A stretch of DNA of 64,000 nt, taken from positions 29,272-93,271 of IMG/VR virus record IMGVR_UViG_3300033066_000581. The stretch is one strand, 5' to 3'. The notes below the pieces were generated by a model. It ran no database searches. It was given only the letters and a program-made list of their open reading frames with translations, and had not been told where the DNA came from. Position 1 is the stretch's first letter. Every line of letters starts with the position of its first letter. A program made the position numbers and the translations under genes. This DNA is from a virus (Duplodnaviria > Caudoviricetes). This document shows positions 48,440 through 57,590 of the stretch, one piece after another.

Positions 48440-49469
48440 ACCTACTGAATATTACGACGAATTTAAGCGTTACTACGGGCTTGCTAAGAAGCAGCAGGAA
48501 CTCTGTAATCTAGGTTCAGTTCCTCATGAGTTGTCTGAGGTGAACGACTCCTTGATGGAGAATGTTCACCTGTATGACGTAGTTGAACGTAAGTATGCCG
48601 GGTTCTCTCAAATCGTTAACGACTGCTTCTACGGAACAGGTGAAGAACATCCATACTACCATAAGCTGCAAACTGGCGACGTCACCAACCAACGTAGAAT
48701 AGTAACTGAGGACTGGAACGGCAAGAGAGACACATTTGGTTTGGCCGAATGGCTCTATGTTTTCATCGTCCACCGTATTACTGGTTCAGGCATCAACTAT
48801 GCCAAGAAGCCTTCTGGATATCATAACACCATCCTGTTCCATCTACATCAGGCTGATGACGTGCATGGTATGGCCAAACTGATCAAGAACTACCCAGCCA
48901 CGTTCTATACGTCTGGTGGTTATCAGTTCCCACAATTCCCCAAGCCAACTTCTGATTATAGGAAAGGTGGAGACTACTATCTTTGTGAATTTGCCACACT
49001 TCTGTCGTACGACTTGGCCTGCTGGTTGGTTCATCAGAAAGAAAAGCCAGGGCTTCGCGATATCATAGATTTCATGCTGGTATGGAACGTTGAGCATGGG
49101 TTGAAGCAGTACAAGTTCCAGTACGCCGCAGTCGCTGCTGATATTGCTGACTGGTTCCCAGATCTTGTAGACCGTGACTCTATGTTCACGTACGGTTCGA
49201 ATGCTAGAGAAGCTATGTCGTATATGGCCACACCGAAGGTCAAGATGAAGCAGGATGATTTTCTGGATGCAGTTATGGAAATGGGATGTTCTGACCTAGA
49301 TGCCAAGCCTTATAACCTCGAGGACTGCTTTTGTGACGCGATTCGATGGCTTGAGAACTATTGTGGCAAAGGTGGTGACTATGATCACCTAGACCTTAGC
49401 CAGATCTGGAATTCCTCACATCTCAAACATCCACATGGGAGGCAGCGTTGGCTCACAACAACCACGTAA
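48429..49469 (+). CDS. Putative amino acid:DNA transferase (aG/PT-pyrophosphorylase, HhH-glycosylase-like)
   Basis: HRITGS, F......AD, GSNA, LED..CD..R pattern and neighbourhood; family call from memory. Confidence 0.6.
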   Translation: MLIEPTEYYDEFKRYYGLAKKQQELCNLGSVPHELSEVNDSLMENVHLYDVVERKYAGFSQIVNDCFYGTGEEHPYYHKLQTGDVTNQRRIVTEDWNGKRDTFGLAEWLYVFIVHRITGSGINYAKKPSGYHNTILFHLHQADDVHGMAKLIKNYPATFYTSGGYQFPQFPKPTSDYRKGGDYYLCEFATLLSYDLACWLVHQKEKPGLRDIIDFMLVWNVEHGLKQYKFQYAAVAADIADWFPDLVDRDSMFTYGSNAREAMSYMATPKVKMKQDDFLDAVMEMGCSDLDAKPYNLEDCFCDAIRWLENYCGKGGDYDHLDLSQIWNSSHLKHPHGRQRWLTTTT

Positions 49470-50344
49470 TTGATGGCATTAACAAGGATGCGGTCAACAT
49501 TTTCGAGGGCTTCAATACCAGGGCTGGAGCCAAGGAACACTACCTAAGGTTGGCCGATGGGTTCATTCCATACAACCCAGATCCTGTTGTCATCGAACAT
49601 GATGGAGTCCGGGTGGTTCGTGATGACTTGATTGTTGGAACTAAGACCAGGGCAGGTGATATGCTCATGTCCAAGGCCAACCAAAAAACGATCGTCTATT
49701 CCCAGCCACGTACCGGCCTGGCCGGTGTTTCAATCTTAGATTGTGCCAGGCAACATGACAGAGAAGTGGTTCTGTTCATGCCAGCATCTAAACGTATCTC
49801 GTTGCATCAGGCCTGTTGTATCGAACAGGGTGCCAAACCCATCTTCCAACGCATTGCGGCGATGCCCAACCTCAACCGTTTGGCCAAGATCTGGGCAGAA
49901 GAGAACGATGGCTTCTTTATCCCACTCGGCCTAAGACACGAATACGCAACAGCCGGTATCGTGCATGCGGCCTCTATGATTGACGAACCAGACGAGGTTT
50001 ACGTAGCCATCTCAACGGGTGTATTGTCCCGGGCCCTTCAAATCGCCTGGCCAAACGCCAAGTTCCACGAGGTGGCTGTTGCTAGAAACCTTAAGGCCGG
50101 TGAAGCCGGTGAGGTTGATGAATTGATCAGCGACCCTCTACCGTTCACAACCCCAGAAAAGGCTGAGAACCTGCCACCGTTCCCGTGTGTGGCCACATAC
50201 GACTCGAAGGTGTGGAAATATATTCCAAAGAACACCGGCCGAAATATTCTCTTCTGGAACGTCGGAAAAGAACCTGTACTCCAGGATGAGAGCATATATA
50301 ATACCGTGAACTCCTATAGAGACTGGGACAAAAATTTATCATGA
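49448..50344 (+). CDS. PLP-dependent enzyme, fold type II
   Basis: VRDD...GTKTR (PLP lysine), STG.L.R, YD.K.W, LFWNVG. Confidence 0.8.
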   Translation: MAHNNHVIDGINKDAVNIFEGFNTRAGAKEHYLRLADGFIPYNPDPVVIEHDGVRVVRDDLIVGTKTRAGDMLMSKANQKTIVYSQPRTGLAGVSILDCARQHDREVVLFMPASKRISLHQACCIEQGAKPIFQRIAAMPNLNRLAKIWAEENDGFFIPLGLRHEYATAGIVHAASMIDEPDEVYVAISTGVLSRALQIAWPNAKFHEVAVARNLKAGEAGEVDELISDPLPFTTPEKAENLPPFPCVATYDSKVWKYIPKNTGRNILFWNVGKEPVLQDESIYNTVNSYRDWDKNLS

Positions 50345-51450
50345 AACGCCTCCTAACATCACCATTCAACGCTATCTCCAGCTCTATGCATTCCCATAGG
50401 GCTGCACAGGGTGTCATCTACGCCGACATGATCTATCGAGGTGGGAATGCCGTTGATATAGATTTTGGCAACAAGGCCAACTACGATGACTACGACACCC
50501 TGTTAATCTATCATGGAAATGATTGGTCAGGATCTCTCAACCTTTTCGGTGGGATGAAGGCCTTTGCCGGCATTGATCGGATCATTGAGCTTTCAAACTA
50601 TAAAGGTCAAGTCGTATCTTTGATTGAAGATATGCCTGATTATCATGGTATTCTATATGAGCGTTACAAGAAACTGGATGACCTCAATAGTCAATGGCAT
50701 AAGGTTAACTGGGAAGGTATGGCAAGTCTTGAGTCGAGATCGATTACGCTTAGCTTGCAGGACTTAAACAGCTATAGTGAACAATACGCAATTGGCACAC
50801 TACCAAGAACACTAGTGATTGGTGACTCTCATGCCATCTCCTTATATTGCCCTGGTACAGAAATGAACTCTGTTCCATTCAAGACCTTGCATGGTGCTCT
50901 GAATGAAGGCCTGGAAACATTCCTCCTTAATCCCAAAGGCCTCAAGGAAGTGGATTCTTATTTTGGGAATATCGATATCCGTCACCATCTGATGAGACAA
51001 GAAAATCCTAGCATCGCCGCAAAACAGCTAGCTCAAAGATACGTATACGAAGCCACACTGCTGGCTGACAAGTACGAATTGTCCAATTGGAATATCTTTG
51101 TGCCGCTGCCTATAGAGGATGAATCACGCCAAGTTCCTAAGACAGGTTGGTATAAGGGAACTCCATTCTTCGGATCATGGAAAGAACGTAACCAGATTCG
51201 AACCGAATTCAACGGTTGGCTACGGGTTTTTGCGCGCCTTGTCACAAAGGCAAAGATAACTATCGTCGATGATTGGGCTGATGGATTAATGAACTCTGGT
51301 GGTCAACTGGATTTCAAGCACATGGAGAAGCCCAGGTCCATCCACCTCTCGAGGGCATCATACCCGTTCTGGACTGGGCAATATTGGAATGATGGTAATG
51401 GCTCCTTGGCCAAGAAGGCTGAAGGCATCGAAGGGTTTTTTGGAGAATAA
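50341..51450 (+). CDS. Fusion: beta-glucosyltransferase-like N-domain plus SGNH-like C-domain
   Basis: DYD.L...LNLFGG...YKG resembles the T4 BGT N-terminus; IGDSH, GNID and terminal HL match SGNH blocks. Confidence 0.5.
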   Translation: MKRLLTSPFNAISSSMHSHRAAQGVIYADMIYRGGNAVDIDFGNKANYDDYDTLLIYHGNDWSGSLNLFGGMKAFAGIDRIIELSNYKGQVVSLIEDMPDYHGILYERYKKLDDLNSQWHKVNWEGMASLESRSITLSLQDLNSYSEQYAIGTLPRTLVIGDSHAISLYCPGTEMNSVPFKTLHGALNEGLETFLLNPKGLKEVDSYFGNIDIRHHLMRQENPSIAAKQLAQRYVYEATLLADKYELSNWNIFVPLPIEDESRQVPKTGWYKGTPFFGSWKERNQIRTEFNGWLRVFARLVTKAKITIVDDWADGLMNSGGQLDFKHMEKPRSIHLSRASYPFWTGQYWNDGNGSLAKKAEGIEGFFGE

Positions 51451-51451
51451 T

Positions 51452-52102
51452 ATGGCAGACTGGATTAGAATTACTAAAGATAATTATAAAGACCTAAAGG
51501 TTGGTATGGCATTTGCTGCCAAGCTTAAGTATAGTGAACCTGGTGTATATAACATATACATTGGGTATATCGAAGATCTCTTACCTCCGAATAATGGCCT
51601 AGGCATATGGCTTAAGGGGCGTGTAATTACTGATAGTGTGGGTCCTTATATGGATTATTCCATAAGTGAAAGCCTTATAGACCTTTTGGATGAAATGAAG
51701 CTGTATTCAACCTTCCGTAAATTTACGGAACAGGACACTAAATTGACAGAATTCGTGACCCTGAGTTATGCATCCGACCCTCATATCTCTATGCCTCCTT
51801 CAAAACCTAAGAGCAGTTCTATTGACTATCGCTTCGGCGAGGATGGTTACATCGACGAACTGAAGACCTATATCGATGCAACCTACGGTGCCCACTATTC
51901 AGGTAAGGTGGGTCCAATGGATATCATGATCGCTGGGGGTCAGGCTCTAGGATTTATTGTCGGAAGTATCATAAAATACGCATTCCGCCTAGGAAAAAAA
52001 GATAACTATAAGCGTGACGACGTGCTGAAGATTGCACACTACGCTATTCTCCTCCTCCACACATATGACGTTTTGAAACTAGGAGACAAGAAAGATGGTT
52101 AA
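51452..52102 (+). CDS. Protein with C-terminal DUF3310-like domain
   Basis: HY...GF..G.IIKY..R.GKK...D.LK..HY. Confidence 0.75.
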   Translation: MADWIRITKDNYKDLKVGMAFAAKLKYSEPGVYNIYIGYIEDLLPPNNGLGIWLKGRVITDSVGPYMDYSISESLIDLLDEMKLYSTFRKFTEQDTKLTEFVTLSYASDPHISMPPSKPKSSSIDYRFGEDGYIDELKTYIDATYGAHYSGKVGPMDIMIAGGQALGFIVGSIIKYAFRLGKKDNYKRDDVLKIAHYAILLLHTYDVLKLGDKKDG

Positions 52103-52277
52103 ATTTAGAGTATATTTTATGGAGAGAAGTCCTCTCGAGACTACTGCATCTCATTGGGAACTTCTCAATGGAAACACCTTGCACTTTTTTAATCTCGGTA
52201 AAAGCTTATCCAAGCAAACTGAATTAGTGCTTGGACCCAATACTTATTGGACAACATTTGAAAGAAAGGAAGACTAA
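52095..52277 (+). CDS. Hypothetical protein
   Basis: AGGAG SD; lies within the operon. Confidence 0.6.
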   Translation: MVKFRVYFMERSPLETTASHWELLNGNTLHFFNLGKSLSKQTELVLGPNTYWTTFERKED

Positions 52278-52278
52278 T

Positions 52279-53145
52279 TTGACGTTTGAAATCAAGATGC
52301 CGATTGAGGAGCTCAAGAAGCGAAAACTTATGGTCGCGACACCGATGTACGGTGGCATGGCCGCGGGCATGTTTACGAAGTCGATCGCAGATTTGTCGGC
52401 ACTGTGTGTACATTATGGAATTACCCTCCAGATGTACTTCTTGTTCAACGAGAGCTTGATCACTCGGGCCCGCAACTATTGCTGTGACGAATTTATGCGA
52501 TCCGATTTCCATCATCTGATGTTTATCGATGCTGATATCGGATTCAACCCACACGACGTAATTGCTCTGATGGCTATGCAGGCCTCCGATCCCAAATACG
52601 ATATCGTCTGTGGGCCCTATCCTAAGAAGTGTATCTCTTGGGAGAAGATCAAGATGGCCGTTGATAAGGGCCACGCTGACGAGAACCCAGAGAACCTGAA
52701 TAACTTCGTTGGTGATTATGTCTTCAATCCTAAGGCCGGTGTCAGTGAGATCCCGATCGGGGAACCGGCCGAAGTTTCTGAGGGCGGTACCGGATTCATG
52801 ATGATCGCCCGGGAAACGCTGGACCGGTATAAGCTAGCTTATCCGGAACAGATGTATAAGCCAGACCATGTTCGTACCGAGCATTTTGATGGCACCCGCG
52901 AGATCATGGCGTACTTTGATTGCATCATCGACCCAGAATCTAGACGTTATCTCTCAGAGGATTACAACTTCTGTTATCATGCCCAGAAGGCAGGTATGTC
53001 AGTATGGCTATGCCCATGGATGCAGCTGCAACATGTTGGGACGTTCGTCTTCGGTGGGTCTCTTGCAGCCCTGGCTTCTATCGGCGCCTCGGCCACTGCA
53101 TCTGTTGATGATTTGAAAAAACCTAAGCCAAAAAACAAAAAGTAA
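52279..53145 (+). CDS. GT-A glycosyltransferase-like protein
   Basis: ATPMYGG, ESLITRARN, FIDADI, GTGFM, LSEDY.FC; TTG start. Confidence 0.85.
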   Translation: MTFEIKMPIEELKKRKLMVATPMYGGMAAGMFTKSIADLSALCVHYGITLQMYFLFNESLITRARNYCCDEFMRSDFHHLMFIDADIGFNPHDVIALMAMQASDPKYDIVCGPYPKKCISWEKIKMAVDKGHADENPENLNNFVGDYVFNPKAGVSEIPIGEPAEVSEGGTGFMMIARETLDRYKLAYPEQMYKPDHVRTEHFDGTREIMAYFDCIIDPESRRYLSEDYNFCYHAQKAGMSVWLCPWMQLQHVGTFVFGGSLAALASIGASATASVDDLKKPKPKNKK

Positions 53146-53157
53146 CCTATAGTTAAC

Positions 53158-53892
53158 CTACAGTTTCTTATTCCATGGAACCTTTCCTAGCATATGCCCA
53201 GGATTGGTTTCGTAGAATTTAGCAATTGAAGCTCTTCTTTTAAGTTTTGTGGCTTCTGATTGTTTGACCCCACTGCTTGATATCTTATTTTTCTTTGATA
53301 TTTCCATAAGAATTGGGTTTGTGTGCTTAGTTTGCCCCTTACACCAACTAGGTTTTCCTCGCATTTTCAACCCAGCGGCTGTAGTGTTAGCTAAAACCCT
53401 AGGGTCAGTTTTCGTTAATCCACAATTCCAGGATTTATTGAGTCTTCCTAATGTAAATCCGAAAGGCTCTTCACCAGGAATGAACATCTTAGCAATAACT
53501 CCATTGTTGTAAAACTTGGTGCCTCTAGTATTTGAAGTTTTTGCTATGGTTTCTTTTAATGCTGCATATTGTCTTGATGTAAGTTTGAAATATTGATCTT
53601 TATGCCAAACGTTTGATCTTTGCATATTAAAGAATGCTAGAGACATAGAATAGTTTTCATACGTTTTCCATAGTAACATATGTGCAATGAAGTGCTGTCT
53701 TGGTGTTAGCTTGACTATATTTTCAAGAGATTTTGCGTGTTGCTTAAACATCGATTTTGGAAGAATGTGGTGTTTTTCAACATATCGGGTGGCATCAATA
53801 TGTTGGAGTTTACAAAATTCAATAAATTTAATGTAACGTTCAAGGTATCGACTGTTGTGCCTGATACTAGTTAACTCTTGATAAATATTCAT
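53158..53892 (-). mobile_element. HNH homing endonuclease with NUMOD3-like repeats, antisense insertion
   Basis: EKHHILPKS...ENIV.LT.RQHF.AH.LL; PWNK/SWNCG repeats; AT-rich. Confidence 0.92.
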
Positions 53893-53948
53893 TCTGGAGA
53901 TCTCCCGGTTTCTAGCGTGGTTGGACGTTAGTAGCGTCGCGAACCACT

Positions 53949-53956
53949 TATTTATA
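53949..53956 (-). promoter_or_regulatory. Late promoter TATAAATA of the HNH gene
   Basis: Exact consensus on the minus strand. Confidence 0.8.
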
Positions 53957-54057
53957 GGATGTTGGAAATCAGCTTCGCAGCTCAAGAGAAATCAACCAGT
54001 TAGCGCTGAACCGGTTAAGGTGACCAAACCCCGAGCTAAGGCCGCCCGCAAATAGTT

Positions 54058-54087
54058 GTTTACATCAGACCCAGTCTGTGATACAAT
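54058..54087 (+). promoter_or_regulatory. Early promoter GTTTAC-N18-TACAAT before gene 45
   Basis: Variant with T4-like GTTTAC -35 box. Confidence 0.75.
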
Positions 54088-54111
54088 ATGAATAAGTGAA
54101 AAAGGAATAAC

Positions 54112-54786
54112 ATGAAATTAGAACCACGCACGATTCAGATCCTGAAGAACTTTGCATCCATCAACCCCTCCCTGATTTTTAATGAGGGTGTTGATGGTTC
54201 TGTGATCTCAACGGTTTCGCCAGCAAAGACTATTCTAGCCAAGGCGAAGATTAAGGAGAATATCCCATGCCGATTTGGGATCTATGACGTTAATAGGTTC
54301 ATCAATGCTATGTCGATCTTTCCGGAGGCCGATATCGAACCTACCGAGAAGGTGGTTACGATCAAGGGGCCAAACGGTGCAGTAACCCGTTACACGTGTA
54401 CTGATCCGGCAAATATCATTGCGCCCCCCGCCAAGGAAATTACTATGCCCAAGGTGGATGTTGAATTCAGCTTGACAGATCTCGATTTTACCAAGGCCAT
54501 GAAAGCGCTGAGTATTCTAGGTCTACCAGAAGTTGCGATCGTTGGTGATAGGGAGATTGTCTATATCCAGGCCATCGACTCTAAGAATCCAACTTCTGAC
54601 AACTTTAAGCTTCCGGTTGGAAAGACCGATGCAGAGTTCCGGTTCATCTTCAAGGCTGAGAACCTGAAGATTCTGTCCGGTGACTATGCCGTAAAGATCT
54701 CCTCCAAAGGCCTGGCCAATTTTGTAGGCGCGAATGTGGAATACTATATCGCAGTTGAGTCGAACGGAAGTTCCTTTACAGCCTAA
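54112..54786 (+). CDS. 45: Sliding clamp gp45
   Basis: ILKNFA.IN, F.IYD...F, K.ENL. Confidence 0.94.
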   Translation: MKLEPRTIQILKNFASINPSLIFNEGVDGSVISTVSPAKTILAKAKIKENIPCRFGIYDVNRFINAMSIFPEADIEPTEKVVTIKGPNGAVTRYTCTDPANIIAPPAKEITMPKVDVEFSLTDLDFTKAMKALSILGLPEVAIVGDREIVYIQAIDSKNPTSDNFKLPVGKTDAEFRFIFKAENLKILSGDYAVKISSKGLANFVGANVEYYIAVESNGSSFTA

Positions 54787-54840
54787 GTAATCTATCGGTT
54801 ACATTTCGTTATGTGAATTATATGTGACATTGGAGTTATC

Positions 54841-55788
54841 ATGAATACAGATCTAATACAATCAGTGTGGGTGGAGAAGTATCGTCCTCATACGATCGGC
54901 GATACTATCCTCCCTAAGCAGCTCAAAGAGACTTTCCAGAGTTTCGTTGATCAAAACCATATTCCCAATATGATCTTAGCTGGTTCGGCCGGCGTCGGTA
55001 AGACTACAGTAGCAAAGGCGCTTTGCGATCAGCTCGGTTGTGACTATATAGTCATCAACGGGTCTCTGAACGGTAATATCGATACCCTACGTAACGAGAT
55101 CATGACCTTTGCGTCGACGATCTCCTTTACCGGTGGTCGTAAATACGTGATCATCGATGAGTTTGATTACGTCAACCCCAACTCAACACAACCTGCCTTG
55201 CGGAACTTCATGGAAGAATTCTCCAAGAACTGCGGGTTCATCTTCACGTGTAATTTCAAACATCGGATCATCGAACCTCTACATTCTCGTTGTGCGGTGA
55301 TTGATTTCTCTATCCCAAATGGAGAAAAGGCCGAGCTTGCACGCCAGTTCATGCAACGCATCCAAGAGATCCTAGCTGCTGAGAATGTGACGTATGATTC
55401 CAAGGCAGTGGCCGGAGTCATTAAGCAGTACTTCCCAGATTGGCGTCGTGTGATCAACGAGATCCAACGTTACGCTTCATCAGGTCCTATCGATAGTGGA
55501 ATTCTGTCGACCTTTAAAGACTCGCATCTAACACCTCTTATCGGCTTCATCAAGGAAAAGAACTTCACCGGAGTTCGTAAATGGGTCGGTGAAAACTCTG
55601 ATCTGGATCAAACCACAATCTTCAGAGCACTTTACGACACCTTGACAGGCGAGCTAACAACTGCTTCTATCCCGCAATTAGTCCTTATCCTGGCCGACTA
55701 CCAATACAAGGCGGCCTTTTGCGCTGATCATGAGATCAACATCTCAGCCTGTTTGGTTGAGATCATGGCAGGGTGTGACTTCGTATGA
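54841..55788 (+). CDS. 44: Clamp loader large subunit gp44
   Basis: WVEKYRP, G.GKTT, DE.D, SRC. Confidence 0.97.
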   Translation: MNTDLIQSVWVEKYRPHTIGDTILPKQLKETFQSFVDQNHIPNMILAGSAGVGKTTVAKALCDQLGCDYIVINGSLNGNIDTLRNEIMTFASTISFTGGRKYVIIDEFDYVNPNSTQPALRNFMEEFSKNCGFIFTCNFKHRIIEPLHSRCAVIDFSIPNGEKAELARQFMQRIQEILAAENVTYDSKAVAGVIKQYFPDWRRVINEIQRYASSGPIDSGILSTFKDSHLTPLIGFIKEKNFTGVRKWVGENSDLDQTTIFRALYDTLTGELTTASIPQLVLILADYQYKAAFCADHEINISACLVEIMAGCDFV

Positions 55789-56000
55789 TCTGGTACAATT
55801 CAATCAAGAATTGGTTCCTTAGGGTTTGGAACTTTCTACAAGAATTCTTCTATACCGGAGACCGGTGTTATATGTGCACCAAGCACCTAGATCTTCTTGG
55901 TGATGAGATTATCCTGGGTGTCAGAGGTGCACACGTCAACTTCTACATGTGTGAGGAGTGCGCCAACGATATAGCAGCAGGTGTCGATGTCAGCGCTTAG
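55785..56000 (+). CDS. Small CxxC/CxxC protein
   Basis: CYMC...CEEC; ATGA overlap. Confidence 0.6.
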   Translation: MIWYNSIKNWFLRVWNFLQEFFYTGDRCYMCTKHLDLLGDEIILGVRGAHVNFYMCEECANDIAAGVDVSA

Positions 56001-56364
56001 CCCATTCGACTATTTAAACTCCATCACCTTCACTAAACAGGATCTGATGGAAGATCCTGAGAACGTTAAGGGATACTCACCATTCATGGTTAATAGAGGA
56101 TTGTCATACCATTATGACACCATTCTCTACGCCAATGAGATGAATTCGAGACCAAATATCGATAAGGATGCCCAGTATGCGTACCTTATAAATATCATCA
56201 GAGCAAAGAAGCGTTTCGCCAAGTGGGCTAAACCTCAGGTTAATGATGATATCAAGGCGATCATGGAATACTTCAAGTATTCATTAAATCATGCCCGTGC
56301 CATCCTTCCTCTTCTTACCTCAGAACAACTGAAAGAAATAAAAAAACAACAAAAGGTTGAGTGA
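55981..56364 (+). CDS. 62: Clamp loader small subunit gp62
   Basis: Y.PFMVNR.LS...D....NEMN, KRF.KW.K. Confidence 0.92.
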   Translation: MSMSALSPFDYLNSITFTKQDLMEDPENVKGYSPFMVNRGLSYHYDTILYANEMNSRPNIDKDAQYAYLINIIRAKKRFAKWAKPQVNDDIKAIMEYFKYSLNHARAILPLLTSEQLKEIKKQQKVE

Positions 56365-56771
56365 TGAGTGACTATAGTATCTTCCAAGGACGCGGTGTTA
56401 AGGTAAGTCTTGTTAGCGATGACGATTTCCTGAAGATACGAGAGACGCTCACCAGGATTGGTGTGGCCTCCAAGGACTCCAACAAGCTCTACCAATCTTG
56501 CCATATCCTCCATAAGCAGGGCTTATATGCCATCGTCCACTTCAAGGAACTCTTCATCTTGGACGGCAAGAGCGCCAACTATACAGATGAGGATGAAGCC
56601 CGCCGTAATACGATTGCCATGCTCCTGGAAGAATGGGGCCTGTTGGATATCGTTGATGGGGATGGGCTCGAAGAGAAGTCTGTCCCCCCACGTGCACTTA
56701 AGATAGTGCCGTTCCGTGAGAAGGACCGTTGGGAACTGATCCCCAAATACACCATCGGCAAGCTCCGATAA
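56361..56771 (+). CDS. regA: Translational repressor RegA
   Basis: FLKIRETLTRIG, LYQSCHILHKQG, HFKELF. Confidence 0.97.
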   Translation: MMSDYSIFQGRGVKVSLVSDDDFLKIRETLTRIGVASKDSNKLYQSCHILHKQGLYAIVHFKELFILDGKSANYTDEDEARRNTIAMLLEEWGLLDIVDGDGLEEKSVPPRALKIVPFREKDRWELIPKYTIGKLR

Positions 56772-56796
56772 AAGTTACCCTCCCCCTAAAATAGTT

Positions 56797-56825
56797 GTGT
56801 ACTTATTCACCGGTTATGATATGAT
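56797..56825 (+). promoter_or_regulatory. Early promoter GTGTAC-N17-TATGAT
   Basis: Repeated motif. Confidence 0.85.
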
Positions 56826-56851
56826 AAGAATATCAAAACTGGAGACACATC

Positions 56852-57055
56852 ATGAATGATTACCTGGGCAAGGAACTGGCAGTGGGCGATACGATCATCA
56901 TGATCACTCCAGGCTATCGTGACTTCACTAAGGGGAAGATCGTTCGATTTACTCCTCAGTACGCCATCATCGAGATGCCTAAGACAGTTCGCTGGTCTGG
57001 TTATCCTAATGGCATCAAGCAACAAGGTTATCAGCTGATCAAGATCGAAGAATAA
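56852..57055 (+). CDS. Hypothetical protein
   Basis: Early promoter plus GGAG SD. Confidence 0.7.
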   Translation: MNDYLGKELAVGDTIIMITPGYRDFTKGKIVRFTPQYAIIEMPKTVRWSGYPNGIKQQGYQLIKIEE

Positions 57056-57196
57056 ATGTTAGGATTGTTTTGGCGCCTTATTGTTGGCCGGTTTCATCTC
57101 CATGACTGGGAAACGAAGAACCGGATAAACGTTTGGACTTCTGATAACAGTACCCGTCCACTGTATGCGCGAGTTGAACTTTGCTGCAAAACATAG
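57056..57196 (+). CDS. 46-aa hypothetical protein (not in the ORF track)
   Basis: ATG directly after the upstream TAA. Confidence 0.45.
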   Translation: MLGLFWRLIVGRFHLHDWETKNRINVWTSDNSTRPLYARVELCCKT

Positions 57197-57228
57197 ATAA
57201 TGGGTAGAAAGACATATATAAGAACTAC

Positions 57229-57317
57229 GTGCTTGTGGGGGAATTTCGGTAGACCCGTGAGACTCAAAATCTCATTCCGTAATAGGAGTGCGGGTTCGAC
57301 CCCCGCCAGGCACACCA
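57229..57317 (+). tRNA. tRNA-Leu(CAA)
   Basis: GTGCTTG/CAGGCAC acceptor stem, TGAGA-CTCAAAA-TCTCA, long variable arm, encoded CCA. Confidence 0.93.
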
Positions 57318-57326
57318 AAATTAAAT

Positions 57327-57405
57327 TCTTCCGTCGTCTAATCATCTAGACTAGGACACTCACTAAAGGTGGGAGATGCTGGTGCAAGTTCAGCCGGAAG
57401 AAGAT
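57327..57405 (+). pseudogene. Degenerate tRNA-like element
   Basis: TCTTCCG/CGGAAGA acceptor stem and GCTGG-TGCAAGT-TCAGC T-arm, but shortened anticodon arm and no CCA. Confidence 0.6.
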
Positions 57406-57410
57406 CATTA

Positions 57411-57486
57411 GGTCCCATCGACCAATGGCCTAGGTCACCAGACTTTCACTCTGGAAATACGGATTCGACTTCCGTTGGGGTCACCA
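57411..57486 (+). tRNA. tRNA-Glu(TTC)
   Basis: CCAGA-CTTTCAC-TCTGG; CCA end. Confidence 0.92.
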
Positions 57487-57499
57487 AGATATATACATT

Positions 57500-57573
57500 G
57501 GGCTTGTAGTTTAATGGCAAAACCCCTGATTTGCACTCAGGTGACAGGGTTTCGATTACCCTCTAGTCCACCA
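57500..57573 (+). tRNA. tRNA-Ala(TGC)
   Basis: CCTGA-TTTGCAC-TCAGG; G3:U70 pair; CCA end. Confidence 0.9.
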
Positions 57574-57590
57574 AAATTTTAGGAGTAACA

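Noticed and set aside
56187-56194. TATAAATA inside gene 62
   Set aside because: Intragenic in AT-rich codons; could be chance, so not listed as a promoter
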